Shown piece by piece: positions 1-9,240 of a DNA stretch of 64,000 bases. The first letter of the stretch is position 1. Every line of letters starts with the position of its first letter. Origin of the DNA: a virus; IMG/VR virus record IMGVR_UViG_3300025896_000030, positions 3,763-67,762 of that record; one strand, written 5' to 3'. The translations under genes were made by a program, and so were the position numbers. The notes under the pieces are model-generated. The model was not told the DNA's origin, did no database searches, and saw only the letters and a list, made by a program, of their open reading frames with translations.

Positions 1-6
1 CCGGGG

Positions 7-462
7 TTGTGGCCAGGACGCAACTGGGAACAAGCTAGATGGAATAAGGTGTGCAAGACTCTGTTAGCTCGAGGTTGGGAAGTGATCATCGTAGGCACAG
101 GTCGAGAGTATCCTTTGCCCTCGACCACTGATCTGAGATGCAAGACGTCGATGCATCAGGCCGCTGCTGTCATTCGGCGCGCATCGGCATTTGTAGGCAT
201 CGATTCGTTCCCCGCTCATATCGCCGGAGCGATGGGGACTTCTCGCGTTGTGTTGTTTGGTATTACGCTTGCGCGCCACATTTTATGCGACTCGCCGGGT
301 ACAATCGCCGTCGAGTCAGATCCTTTTCACCCCTTCAGTGGTGCGCGGCATTGTCACGAGCGCATCTCCTCTGTCATGCTCGGGAATCCACCCGATAACC
401 CCATGAACACGATCTCGGTTGATTGTGTGTTGTCGGCAATCGAATCTCTCCCTTTAAAATGA
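7..462 (+). CDS. Glycosyltransferase family 9 (heptosyltransferase-like), C-terminal part; truncated by window edge
   Basis: WPGRNW, DLRCKTS..AAAVIRRASAFVGIDSFPAHIAGAMGT..VVLFG match the GT9 C-terminal motif. Confidence 0.8.
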   Translation: MWPGRNWEQARWNKVCKTLLARGWEVIIVGTGREYPLPSTTDLRCKTSMHQAAAVIRRASAFVGIDSFPAHIAGAMGTSRVVLFGITLARHILCDSPGTIAVESDPFHPFSGARHCHERISSVMLGNPPDNPMNTISVDCVLSAIESLPLK

Positions 463-1199
463 GCTACGTAATTGGAACAGGTTTCTGTGAATCTTCACGC
501 TACGACGCAGTGGCGTTTTTCAGCTACTGGCTGACGCATATCAAAGCCTACACGAATCCCGATCACATCTTTGTCCTCGATCAAGTGGATCGCACTCTAG
601 CGGGAGTATCTGTGGCAGATACTATTGTCGGGTACAAACGTTCCAAGATTCATTATGGAGCAATGAACATGTCGATCGTTCCTTCGGGAAACTTAGGGCA
701 TGTGCACCAATTAATCAAAGCCGAGCAGCCTTTCAAAAACCATCAGCTGTGTGGATGGAGTGCTTCAGTGCTGGCGCTCGCGATGCTGGCATACAACGCG
801 GAACGGGATTTTGTCTATGTAGAGCAGGATTGTTTGCTCGTGGGAAGAATCGTTGATGCGATCATCAGGGAGGCGGATGAGAAAAAGAAGGACATGCTGT
901 TCGGCTCGTGCAAGATCATGAACGCTGCGCAGAGTTTGTTTTTCATCCGTCACAAATTCATCCCTCGATTTGTCATGGAGTATCTGATGGGTCCTGCTGA
1001 CACTGATCCCCATTGTCGCCCTGAGAAGAAATTTTGCTACCTCGAAAGATCGTGCGCAGCGAATGTGGGAAGATTTTCTTTTGGCATCGATCGCGATCGC
1101 CCCATCCCTTGGGGAACGGAACTTTTCTATGTGCAGCACCTGACGACAGAGGAATTGGAACAGGGAATCAAAAACGGAACCTTCTTCAGGGCTTACTAA
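459..1199 (+). CDS. Putative GT-A-like glycosyltransferase
   Basis: ATG 459 overlaps upstream stop (ATGA); DFVYVEQDCLL resembles a DxD-type motif; context between GT9 and methyltransferase. Confidence 0.45.
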   Translation: MSYVIGTGFCESSRYDAVAFFSYWLTHIKAYTNPDHIFVLDQVDRTLAGVSVADTIVGYKRSKIHYGAMNMSIVPSGNLGHVHQLIKAEQPFKNHQLCGWSASVLALAMLAYNAERDFVYVEQDCLLVGRIVDAIIREADEKKKDMLFGSCKIMNAAQSLFFIRHKFIPRFVMEYLMGPADTDPHCRPEKKFCYLERSCAANVGRFSFGIDRDRPIPWGTELFYVQHLTTEELEQGIKNGTFFRAY

Positions 1200-1200
1200 A

Positions 1201-1656
1201 ATGAGCGAACCTGTCATGCTAAATTTGGGATGCGGCACGAACAAACTCCCGCATCCCTGGAAGAATCATGATCGCGATTTAGACATCACGAAACCGCTGC
1301 CTTACAAAAGTGATTCAGTGGATGTTATCTTCATCGAGCATTGCTTGGAGCATGTCACGGGACCTCAAGGGTTTCGATTCATGCAGGAGGCTTTTCGTGT
1401 TCTGAGGAAAGGAGGCACGCTCAGAATTTGTGTTCCTGAACTGGCGCGTGTAGATCAAGCGAAGCGCGTCGACCTCATCGTCAATCACGGACACCTGATG
1501 GTGTATTGCTGGGAAAATCTTAACCTCATGTTGCGGGCGGCAGGGTTCGCCCCTGACATCAGAATAACAGATCGCAAGGGCATCGATGGACATTGGAAAG
1601 TGATAGGCAGGGAGCTCGACGATGCCGAGACGTTGAGAGTGGAGGCGTACAAGTGA
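1201..1656 (+). CDS. SAM-dependent methyltransferase (type 11-like)
   Basis: LNLGCG motif I; DITKPLPY..DSVDVIFIEHCLEHV; FRVLRKGGTLRICVP. Confidence 0.8.
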   Translation: MSEPVMLNLGCGTNKLPHPWKNHDRDLDITKPLPYKSDSVDVIFIEHCLEHVTGPQGFRFMQEAFRVLRKGGTLRICVPELARVDQAKRVDLIVNHGHLMVYCWENLNLMLRAAGFAPDIRITDRKGIDGHWKVIGRELDDAETLRVEAYK

Positions 1657-2447
1657 GTCCCAGCCTCGAGATCACTACGTTCATTGCCAATAACTCAGGA
1701 CCTCCCTGCCCGAACAACTGTTCGTTCTGTCCTCAAAGCACCTTGCGCGATGCGCTGACTAGGGACGCGTCTAGTCTCAAGGTGGAAGATTTTCTGAGGC
1801 TGCTGAGTGGCAGAGTCATTCCCAAAGATGTGGAGATTCATTTCTCTGGGTTCACTGAACCTTTTTTCAATCGCCTGACTCCGCATATGATTTTAGCGGC
1901 GAAGGGATTGGATTACAAAGTGCATCTCTACACGACCTTGATGGGACTTACTCAGGAAGGCGCAAAGATGCTGCCCAAGACGATCGACTTTGTGATGATC
2001 CACTTTCCTGACGTGCGCGCCTTCGTCGTCAACGATGCTCTGTTCATTAGACAGCATCAGCTTTGGCTATCTACAGGTATTCCTTCGCGAGCGATGGCGA
2101 TGGGAACGCTGACTGCGGGGATGGCTGAATACGTGCGAGGTCTAGGATGGTCTAACGGAGTTGAGTTGCCTGCGATGAACACACGCGCAGGCAACGTCAG
2201 TCCGATGGATGAGCTGAAAACGCCGCGTGTCTTCTGCTCTGAGGACAGGTGGCATAACAATGTCATGCTTCCCAATGGGGACGTTTATCTTTGTTGTATG
2301 GATTACGGTCTCGAATACAAGCTGGGAAATCTGTTCAATCAGCCGTATCAGGAAATTTGGGACGCAGCGGAGAAGCTTAAGGAGAGTCTGATTTCCCCTT
2401 CACTCTGCCTGCGTTGCGACAAAGCCATGCCTGCTCCTAGCGATTAA
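1653..2447 (+). CDS. Radical SAM protein with SPASM/Twitch domain
   Basis: CPNNCSFC (CxxxCxxC), FSGFTEP, PNGDVYLCCMDY..LGNL..CLRC; GTG start overlapping upstream stop. Confidence 0.85.
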   Translation: MSPSLEITTFIANNSGPPCPNNCSFCPQSTLRDALTRDASSLKVEDFLRLLSGRVIPKDVEIHFSGFTEPFFNRLTPHMILAAKGLDYKVHLYTTLMGLTQEGAKMLPKTIDFVMIHFPDVRAFVVNDALFIRQHQLWLSTGIPSRAMAMGTLTAGMAEYVRGLGWSNGVELPAMNTRAGNVSPMDELKTPRVFCSEDRWHNNVMLPNGDVYLCCMDYGLEYKLGNLFNQPYQEIWDAAEKLKESLISPSLCLRCDKAMPAPSD

Positions 2448-2455
2448 ATATCTGC

Positions 2456-3028
2456 ATGAATTCAAACGAAAAAGAAACCACGGAAGCATCAGCGTCAGCT
2501 GAAAAAGTTGAAATCTTTGTTCCCGGCAAAGAAACGTATTATTGGACCGATCATCCTACAGCAATGATGATGAGGCATGAGGTGCCTGAACTCAATGTCA
2601 TTACAGGCGTGCAGGCTCTCCAGAAAGACATTCACGCCACAGCTGTCAGCAAGGGATGGTGGGATGTGTTCAATAAATTTCCCAGGCTGAAGGAATGGGC
2701 AGACAGAATTGCATCGGACGAGAAAGCAGGATTCCATGCTGAATCGGAATTACTCAGGGAGATCCTTAATGCTGTCTCCCCGAACTTTGGAGAGAAAATC
2801 GCCTTGATTCACTCCGAGGCGAGCGAGGCGTTAGAGAATGCACGCGCCGGGTTCACACCTGATGACAAGATTCCTGAGGTCCCCGGTGCGCTCGCCGAAC
2901 TCGCTGATGTCGTCATCAGAATTATGGACCTGTGCGAATACAAGCAGTGGAACTTGATCGAGGCGATTCTCATCAAGCATCGCTTCAACAAAGGCCGTCC
3001 GTATATGCACGGAGGAAAAGCATTCTGA
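2456..3028 (+). CDS. MazG-like nucleotide pyrophosphohydrolase
   Basis: KGWW, KIALIHSEASEALE, ELADVVIRIMDL, KHRFNKGRPYMHGGK. Confidence 0.8.
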   Translation: MNSNEKETTEASASAEKVEIFVPGKETYYWTDHPTAMMMRHEVPELNVITGVQALQKDIHATAVSKGWWDVFNKFPRLKEWADRIASDEKAGFHAESELLREILNAVSPNFGEKIALIHSEASEALENARAGFTPDDKIPEVPGALAELADVVIRIMDLCEYKQWNLIEAILIKHRFNKGRPYMHGGKAF

Positions 3029-3030
3029 CC

Positions 3031-3489
3031 ATGTCAACGAAGTGGACAGCTAATATGGACGAATGGGCGCAGCGATGCTTTCGGAATAAGATTTCCACGA
3101 AAGCTATTGGCGAGCGTCTAGGCGTGACTGAGCAGGAGGTCAAGGATCGCCTGAAGGAATTGAATGAGCAGGAAGTCAAAGAAGCAGAGAAGGAACTCGA
3201 AAAGACTCCTGACGGAAAGCCTGCCCCTGCGATGCCTGCTGATCTCGTGCATCTCTCCCTTGCTGAGGCAATCGATCAATACAACCAGCTGGGCGACAAG
3301 TTCATGTTGTTCGCCCAGCTAATGGAGAACGCCCGTGGCGAGGCTGAGCTTAGGGAAATCCTTCGAGACATGATCGCGGTGGCTGATCGCAAATCGGGGG
3401 AGATGCTATATGACAAGCTCGCCCGCCTTCTCCATGAAAACTATCTCGTCATCCCAAAACCAACTGCCATTGAGCGAGTCGAAAAATAA
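3031..3489 (+). CDS. Hypothetical protein with N-terminal HTH
   Basis: ISTKAIGERLGVTEQEVKDRL resembles an HTH; ATG 3031 follows upstream stop. Confidence 0.5.
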   Translation: MSTKWTANMDEWAQRCFRNKISTKAIGERLGVTEQEVKDRLKELNEQEVKEAEKELEKTPDGKPAPAMPADLVHLSLAEAIDQYNQLGDKFMLFAQLMENARGEAELREILRDMIAVADRKSGEMLYDKLARLLHENYLVIPKPTAIERVEK

Positions 3490-3673
3490 CTGTCCTGTGT
3501 GTTTCGGTACAGGGGGCGTCAGCGTTCCTGTGAGCAAGCGCCGTCTCATTCGTGCAGGAATTAAGGAATTCAAATACGACTGTATTTTCTGTCGAGGAGC
3601 GGGAACAGTAGGAGTCGCAGAAATCAACCTTTACACCAGCCATGACAAATCCACAAAAATCACCAGAAGTTAG
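3470..3673 (+). CDS. Small DnaJ-type zinc-finger protein
   Basis: Two CxxCxGxG motifs (CPVCFGTG, CIFCRGAG); TTG start inferred. Confidence 0.55.
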   Translation: MSESKNNCPVCFGTGGVSVPVSKRRLIRAGIKEFKYDCIFCRGAGTVGVAEINLYTSHDKSTKITRS

Positions 3674-3863
3674 AGCAATGGAACGAATCGAAGCGGAAAG
3701 CATGAATCCCGCGCATCTACGCGATCAGGCGTGGATGTCTGATGTGATCACGTCAGCCCAGAGGCGACAGTATTGGGGAGACATCATCCTGCGCTTCGAG
3801 AATGGAATCCTGATGAGTGCGGACAAGCGCGAAACGCTCAAGGTGCCGAGGCTGCAAAAATAG
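3642..3863 (+). CDS. Hypothetical protein
   Basis: In-operon ORF; YWGDIILRFENG..ETLK. Confidence 0.5.
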   Translation: MTNPQKSPEVRAMERIEAESMNPAHLRDQAWMSDVITSAQRRQYWGDIILRFENGILMSADKRETLKVPRLQK

Positions 3864-3910
3864 CTTGCAATCCGATTAGGATCTAAGCAAAAGCCTGCCC
3901 GCTACCACTT

Positions 3911-3948
3911 AGGGAGTGCCTCTTTTCCGGGGGCACTCCCTTCTTTTT
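3911..3948 (+). terminator. Rho-independent terminator
   Basis: agggagtgcctc / ggggcactccct stem followed by T-run. Confidence 0.7.
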
Positions 3949-3969
3949 GGCTAAATACTTCCCTATATA

Positions 3970-5592
3970 ATGAAATCAACGAAGCGGAAATCCAAAGGAC
4001 CGCAGCTCGTCACTAACGACGCCGCTGCTCCTACCACCGCAGTTGTCACCAACCAGTTCCAGTCGTTTAGTTGGAACGCGGCAACGGCTCTTGTCAGAAA
4101 TGATACGATGGAGGGGAAAGATTACGTAGTCGTCCCGATGGTGATGATCACGGAAGGCGTGTTGAACGGGTCCAAGGGTCCTTTGTATTATCCGAAGGAC
4201 GAACTCGCCAAAATTCCCGAAGTCTGGAACCACAAGCCTGTCGTCGTTTATCATCCGTCCCGCAACGGTCAGGGCGTCAGCGCGTGTTCTCCCGAAGTTC
4301 TCACCTCCTGTAAGATCGGGGTGATCATGAACACGCGTTTTACGAAGCTTGGACAGCTCAAGGCAGAAGCGTGGATCGAAGAGGATCGGTGCAAGCTCGT
4401 CGATGAGCGGGTGTGGGAAGCGATCGAGAACAAGCAAATGTTGGAGCTCTCGACGGGCGTGTTCACCGATAACGAGATGACCCCGGGCAAGTTCGGGAAC
4501 ATCGAGTACGATGGTATTGCGCGTAACTATCGCCCCGATCATCTTGCCATCCTTCCCGATCTCAAAGGAGCCTGTTCGATCGAGGCAGGCGCAGGATTCA
4601 TTCGCAACATGCTGAATGCCTCCTTCCAAAAGCTCGAATCCGAGGACATCGAGCTGATCCACAATCGAGTGATTCGCGTCCTCGAAGGAGAGAAGAAAAA
4701 GAATGGCGCGATTGCCAAACTGCTCACGAACGAACTGAGCTACGAGGCAGTGCGCGGGGATCTCGGCATCCTGCTCCGTAAGAAGTTCCCTGAAGATCAG
4801 GGCTTCGCGTTTCCGTGGATCGAATCGGTCTACGACGACTTTTTCGTGTACTGCTTCGGCAGTGGTCTTTTCAAGCAATCGTATTCCCGCGAAGGGGCGA
4901 GCGTGAAACTGGTAGGCGAACCCAGGAAAGTTGTTCGCGTGACCGAGTATGTGGACGCACCGGTCTCAAACAACCTTGCGTCCAATTCCAACCAAAACGA
5001 TAAAACAGAAATAGCAATGAACAAGAAAACCATTGTTGATGAGCTTATCGGAAATCACGGTTACGCGGAGGCGGATCGTGCTAGCCTGATGGCTCTGTCT
5101 GACAACTCGCTCCAAAGCATTCTCACGAATGCCAAGAAGCCCGCTCCCGCAGCGTCCAAGTCGGATGCTGCTGCGCCTGCTGCCAACAGCGCCCCTGCTG
5201 CTGCTCCTGTCGAAACGCCCGCCGCCAAGCCGGTCGCGTCTGTTGATGACTACATCAACAACGCGCCTGCTGAACTGCGGGACGTTCTGCGTTCGGGCAT
5301 CACTGCTCACAACCAGACCAAGACCAACTTGATCGACGCGATCGTGGCGAACAAGTCGAACCAGTTTACCAAGGAGTATCTTGGCACGCTGTCGCTCGAC
5401 ATGCTCAAGGGCATTGCGCAGATCGCCCAAGCCGGCGCGCCTGCTACGAACTCGCTGCCTCAGACTCAGCAGCCTGTGCCGATGTTTGTCGGCAACGGAG
5501 CCGCTAACGGAGCACCGCTCCCTGTGTCCAACGCGGAGTTCTGCAAGCCGGAAAACGCCATTCCCTCGCCGGACTGGTCTTTCACGAAGTAA
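3970..5592 (+). CDS. Capsid maturation protease/scaffold (DUF2213-like)
   Basis: WNHKPVVVYHP, LELSTG, RNYRPDHLAILPDLKGACSI..GAG; Ala/Pro-rich scaffold-like C-terminus; precedes capsid genes. Confidence 0.8.
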   Translation: MKSTKRKSKGPQLVTNDAAAPTTAVVTNQFQSFSWNAATALVRNDTMEGKDYVVVPMVMITEGVLNGSKGPLYYPKDELAKIPEVWNHKPVVVYHPSRNGQGVSACSPEVLTSCKIGVIMNTRFTKLGQLKAEAWIEEDRCKLVDERVWEAIENKQMLELSTGVFTDNEMTPGKFGNIEYDGIARNYRPDHLAILPDLKGACSIEAGAGFIRNMLNASFQKLESEDIELIHNRVIRVLEGEKKKNGAIAKLLTNELSYEAVRGDLGILLRKKFPEDQGFAFPWIESVYDDFFVYCFGSGLFKQSYSREGASVKLVGEPRKVVRVTEYVDAPVSNNLASNSNQNDKTEIAMNKKTIVDELIGNHGYAEADRASLMALSDNSLQSILTNAKKPAPAASKSDAAAPAANSAPAAAPVETPAAKPVASVDDYINNAPAELRDVLRSGITAHNQTKTNLIDAIVANKSNQFTKEYLGTLSLDMLKGIAQIAQAGAPATNSLPQTQQPVPMFVGNGAANGAPLPVSNAEFCKPENAIPSPDWSFTK

Positions 5593-5631
5593 TCCAGTCA
5601 TCAACCACAACGTAGTTTTAAATTCACTACA

Positions 5632-6063
5632 ATGCGCAATACAATCAAACTCAAGGGAGACGGTCGATACGAGGAGGCGAATGCTTCCGGCGTCATCACC
5701 CCCGGTCAATTCATCAAGGTCGACGCTGACAAGAAGGTCCTGCGTCATGCGACGGTAGGCGGAGGTGGAGAACGCCTCTTCGCGATCGAAGACCCCTTCC
5801 AGGGTCGCACGATTGATGACAACTATGCGGTCGACGATCTCGTCCGCTACGAAGCCGCTGTCCCCGGACAAGAGATCCTCGCGATTCTCGATGCCGGTGA
5901 AAACGTCGTCGCGGGCGCTGCTCTGCAATCCGCAGGCAATGGCAATCTCGAGGCTCGTACCTCGACCAACGAGATCGTCGCCTACGCGATGGAGCCTTTG
6001 AATCTTTCGGGTTCAGGCGCTGTCGCCACGCGTATCGCTGTGCGCGTCGCCAACACGCACTGA
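5632..6063 (+). CDS. Capsid decoration/cement protein
   Basis: 143 aa gene between protease and MCP; ITPG, GENVVAGAALQSAGNGNL. Confidence 0.65.
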   Translation: MRNTIKLKGDGRYEEANASGVITPGQFIKVDADKKVLRHATVGGGGERLFAIEDPFQGRTIDDNYAVDDLVRYEAAVPGQEILAILDAGENVVAGAALQSAGNGNLEARTSTNEIVAYAMEPLNLSGSGAVATRIAVRVANTH

Positions 6064-6111
6064 TCGGGATTTCACTGAGGCAACAAACAACCATTCCAAA
6101 ACTAACCCACA

Positions 6112-7221
6112 ATGAATCCCGCTGCTATTGATTTCATTCTGAACGGGCAGGCTCATGGTAACGTCGCTGAGGTTCTCCGGAACGTCGGTGGCGACCACAA
6201 CCTGCTGCGTCCGTTCTGCGATGACGCTGGTAAGAATACCTACGTCAACGTCCATAACGGACAATACGATGCCAAGGGAGGTCGAATCTACGTCCCGAAG
6301 CTGATCAGCAACGCGCCTTCCACGATGCGCAAGGACGACTGGATCCTTCTCGATCGCGTCCTCCTCGAAGCTGCCAAGCCGCGCCTCCAGCTCGTCGCTG
6401 CGTTGCGCTCGCGTGGTCTCACTTACAACCTGCCGAACGGGATGGCTCACACTGTCCTGCAATATCAGGATGTCGGTGAAATCTCCCCGGCGACTCTGTC
6501 GATGGATCCTGTTCGCGAAAGTGAACGCGACCGTCCCGAATACGACATCAAGAATCTTCCGCTGCCCATCATCCACAAGGACTTCTCTTTCGGTCTGCGT
6601 GAAATCATGGTGTCGCGCAACGGGGGTTCTCCGCTCGACACGACGATGGTGTCGATGTCGGGTCGCGTCGTCGCGGAGCTGGCTGAGAAGCTGGCGCTGG
6701 GCACTTACGGGACCTACAAGTTCGGCGGCGGCACGATTTACGGCCTCGTCAACTATCCGCAACGGCTGACGCAGGAATTGACGAATCCTGAATCGACTCC
6801 CTGGACGGGCAAGACCTTCATCGGAGAGGTTCTCCAGATGAAGCAGAAGTCCATGGACAATTTCTACTATGGTCCGTGGATTTTGTTCACCTCGCCTGCT
6901 TGGGACGCCTATCTGGATGCTGACTACTCGGACGCGAAGGGTGACAACACCGTCCGCGAACGCGTGCAACGCATCAGCGGCATTCAGGCTGTGCAGACGC
7001 TCGATTTCCTCTCCGGGTATCAGGCGATCCTGCTCCAGCTGTCTCCCGAAGTCATTCGCGAGATCATTGGTATGGACATCACGACTGTGCAATGGGAGAC
7101 GCACGGGGGCTTCAAGCTCAACTTCAAGGTCCTCGCAATGATGCTGCCGCAGCTGCGCAGCGATCAGAACGGGCACACCGGTATCGTGCACGGAAGTGCT
7201 GATTCTGGGGATCTCGACTGA
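6112..7221 (+). CDS. Major capsid protein (HK97 fold, Linocin M18/encapsulin-related)
   Basis: LPLPIIHKDFSFGLREI, IYGLVNYPQR, YYGPWILF; position and size. Confidence 0.8.
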   Translation: MNPAAIDFILNGQAHGNVAEVLRNVGGDHNLLRPFCDDAGKNTYVNVHNGQYDAKGGRIYVPKLISNAPSTMRKDDWILLDRVLLEAAKPRLQLVAALRSRGLTYNLPNGMAHTVLQYQDVGEISPATLSMDPVRESERDRPEYDIKNLPLPIIHKDFSFGLREIMVSRNGGSPLDTTMVSMSGRVVAELAEKLALGTYGTYKFGGGTIYGLVNYPQRLTQELTNPESTPWTGKTFIGEVLQMKQKSMDNFYYGPWILFTSPAWDAYLDADYSDAKGDNTVRERVQRISGIQAVQTLDFLSGYQAILLQLSPEVIREIIGMDITTVQWETHGGFKLNFKVLAMMLPQLRSDQNGHTGIVHGSADSGDLD

Positions 7222-7260
7222 TCTCTAGTTTCCGCATAAATACCATTAAGCAGAATTGAC

Positions 7261-7297
7261 AAAGGTGTCTTGTTTCACACCGAGCAAGACACCTTTT
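7261..7297 (+). terminator. Hairpin/terminator after major capsid gene
   Basis: Perfect 12-bp inverted repeat aaaggtgtcttg / caagacaccttt. Confidence 0.65.
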
Positions 7298-7352
7298 GAC
7301 CTTTTAAAAGAAAGCAACCACCACTAACAGTTAGATAAGCTAGTCTCTCCAC

Positions 7353-7844
7353 ATGAAAAAGTTTGAAGTCATCGCCGGATCCCACACGACAGGGACAGGC
7401 AAGGATCAGAAAACCTACAAAGCCGGTCAGATTGTCGAGTCCCACAAAAATCTGGAACAGATTTTCGTCAACAAATTCAAACGCCGCCACGATCTCGAAA
7501 AGGGAAGCGCGTCCACTCCCACGATCAAGCAATCCGCTAAGGTCGTCCCGCAGGATCTGAAACGCGATCCTGACGACGACAAGGAGGACGATGTTGATTC
7601 GTCTCCCGCTCCTGCGAACCCTGCTCCTGCTCGCAATGACAGCGAAGCGGAGGCCGACACGCAAGGAGACGACGTCTCGAAAGACTTCGCCAAGGAGATC
7701 GGAGAGGAAAACGTCATCGTCATTCGCAATGACGATGGCGAATACTTGATCCTTGACGGGGACAGCAGAAAGCTCCTGAGCAAGGGCGAGGAATTGACGA
7801 CGAAGGCAGCTGTTCGCTCCTTCATCAAGAAATACCTCAAGTAA
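7353..7844 (+). CDS. Hypothetical head-associated protein with acidic linker
   Basis: Directly after MCP; small N- and C-terminal domains joined by D/P/A-rich linker. Confidence 0.5.
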   Translation: MKKFEVIAGSHTTGTGKDQKTYKAGQIVESHKNLEQIFVNKFKRRHDLEKGSASTPTIKQSAKVVPQDLKRDPDDDKEDDVDSSPAPANPAPARNDSEAEADTQGDDVSKDFAKEIGEENVIVIRNDDGEYLILDGDSRKLLSKGEELTTKAAVRSFIKKYLK

Positions 7845-7848
7845 CGCC

Positions 7849-8484
7849 ATGCCGCTGTGGAGACCGTGCAGAGTTTTTCCTGACTCCGATATATTCATTA
7901 TCGGAGGCGGCACTTCTTTGCGCGGTTTCGACTTCTCTCTGCTGGCGGATCAGATCACGATCGGATGCAACAGCGCCTTCAAGTTGGGACCTGATGTCTG
8001 CAAGATCGTTTTCTTTTCCGACATCGAGTGGTTCAACGAAAATAAGGATTTACTCAAGGAGTTCGAGGGCGACGTTTTTACGCACTGCCATGCCCTCGTC
8101 AATTTCTCCTACAAGAATACTTGGCTGAAAACGATGCGCCGTGAGAAGCGCGGACTGCACACGCATGCCTTGGGCATGAACGGGAATTCGGGATGTGGCG
8201 CCGTCAATCTCGCTCTGATCATGGGCGCCAAGCGCGTGTTCCTTCTTGGCTGCGATTGCAAGGTAACGGGAAACAAGGAGACACACTGGCATGACTACTA
8301 CACGCGCCCTGCCAATCTCGACGTGTTCCCCAAGTTTCTGGCGGGATGGAATGAAGTGCATAACGCGCTACCTAAAGTGTTCCCTGGAACTGAGATCATC
8401 AATCTCGGTCCCGACAGCGACATTCCTTTCTTCAGGAAGGCAGATTATAAGGAGTATCTGAGCCATGCCGAGAACCACGCCTGA
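7849..8484 (+). CDS. MptE/MAF/CstII-like Rossmann-fold protein (sialyltransferase-like)
   Basis: IFIIGGGTSL, TIGCNSAF, NSGCGAVNLALIMGAKRVFLLGCD, HWH. Confidence 0.65.
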   Translation: MPLWRPCRVFPDSDIFIIGGGTSLRGFDFSLLADQITIGCNSAFKLGPDVCKIVFFSDIEWFNENKDLLKEFEGDVFTHCHALVNFSYKNTWLKTMRREKRGLHTHALGMNGNSGCGAVNLALIMGAKRVFLLGCDCKVTGNKETHWHDYYTRPANLDVFPKFLAGWNEVHNALPKVFPGTEIINLGPDSDIPFFRKADYKEYLSHAENHA

Positions 8485-8857
8485 ACTCGTCGCGCAGGTT
8501 ACTGAAGTCGACCCCGACATCGACCTGACCATATTTATCACGACGGCAAACGCTATCGTGAATCAGGTCTGTCTGGAATCGGGGTACACGGAAGACTATT
8601 TGACCTTGATCGAGACGTGGCTCGCTGCTCACTTCTATCGTCTACGCGATCAGGCAGTGGCGAGCGAGAAGGCGGGAAGTGTTGGCGTGTCGTATCAATA
8701 CGAGGTCGGATTGATATTTGCGCAGACGAAGGAGGGACAGACGGCAATGGCTCTCGATACGGACGGGAATCTAGCGCGTCTGTCCAAGGACACGGAGCTC
8801 GGAAAAACACGCAGACAGTCTGTTGTCTGGCTGGGAACAGGATGTGAGGAGGAATAA
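8465..8857 (+). CDS. Head-tail adaptor (DUF4054-like)
   Basis: IETWLAAHF, QTKEGQTAMALDTDGNL; synteny. Confidence 0.7.
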   Translation: MPRTTPELVAQVTEVDPDIDLTIFITTANAIVNQVCLESGYTEDYLTLIETWLAAHFYRLRDQAVASEKAGSVGVSYQYEVGLIFAQTKEGQTAMALDTDGNLARLSKDTELGKTRRQSVVWLGTGCEEE

Positions 8858-9240
8858 TGGCCGGTATCATCACACGCATGATGAAGGCTCGCTGTGTGTA
8901 TTGGCAGCGTCTACCCGGCACGGACAATTTTGGACAGTACATGTACGCCTTCCCTGTCGAGATTCGCTGCCGCTGGGAAGATGCGATCAAGGAGTTCGTG
9001 GGACCTCACAGGACGACTGAACTGTCTCAAGCCATCGTATATGTCGATCGTGACATGCAGCCCGGGGACAAGCTCTTTAATGGTCTTCTGTCAGACCTCG
9101 AAAGTTCGTCGGACTCCAATGACACCAACGACACGAGCGATTCCATGCCTGAATTCGTGAAAGGTGCCCTTGAGATTCGAGCTTTTCACAAGCTCCCTGA
9201 CCTGAAATATAAACAATACCTGCGCACCTGCTACCTGTGA
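8857..9240 (+). CDS. Head closure protein
   Basis: DNFGQ..PVEIRCRWE..SQAIVYVD; synteny. Confidence 0.65.
   Translation: MAGIITRMMKARCVYWQRLPGTDNFGQYMYAFPVEIRCRWEDAIKEFVGPHRTTELSQAIVYVDRDMQPGDKLFNGLLSDLESSSDSNDTNDTSDSMPEFVKGALEIRAFHKLPDLKYKQYLRTCYL

Noticed and set aside
2456-3028. MazZ of a 2-aminoadenine (Z) genome
   Set aside because: No purZ or datZ seen in the window
3976-7191. Long minus-strand ORFs (300, 320, 392 aa) opposite the head genes
   Set aside because: Shadow frames of codon-biased plus-strand genes; no motifs
6112-7221. Cellular encapsulin nanocompartment
   Set aside because: Flanked by protease, decoration, neck and tail genes; no cargo enzyme
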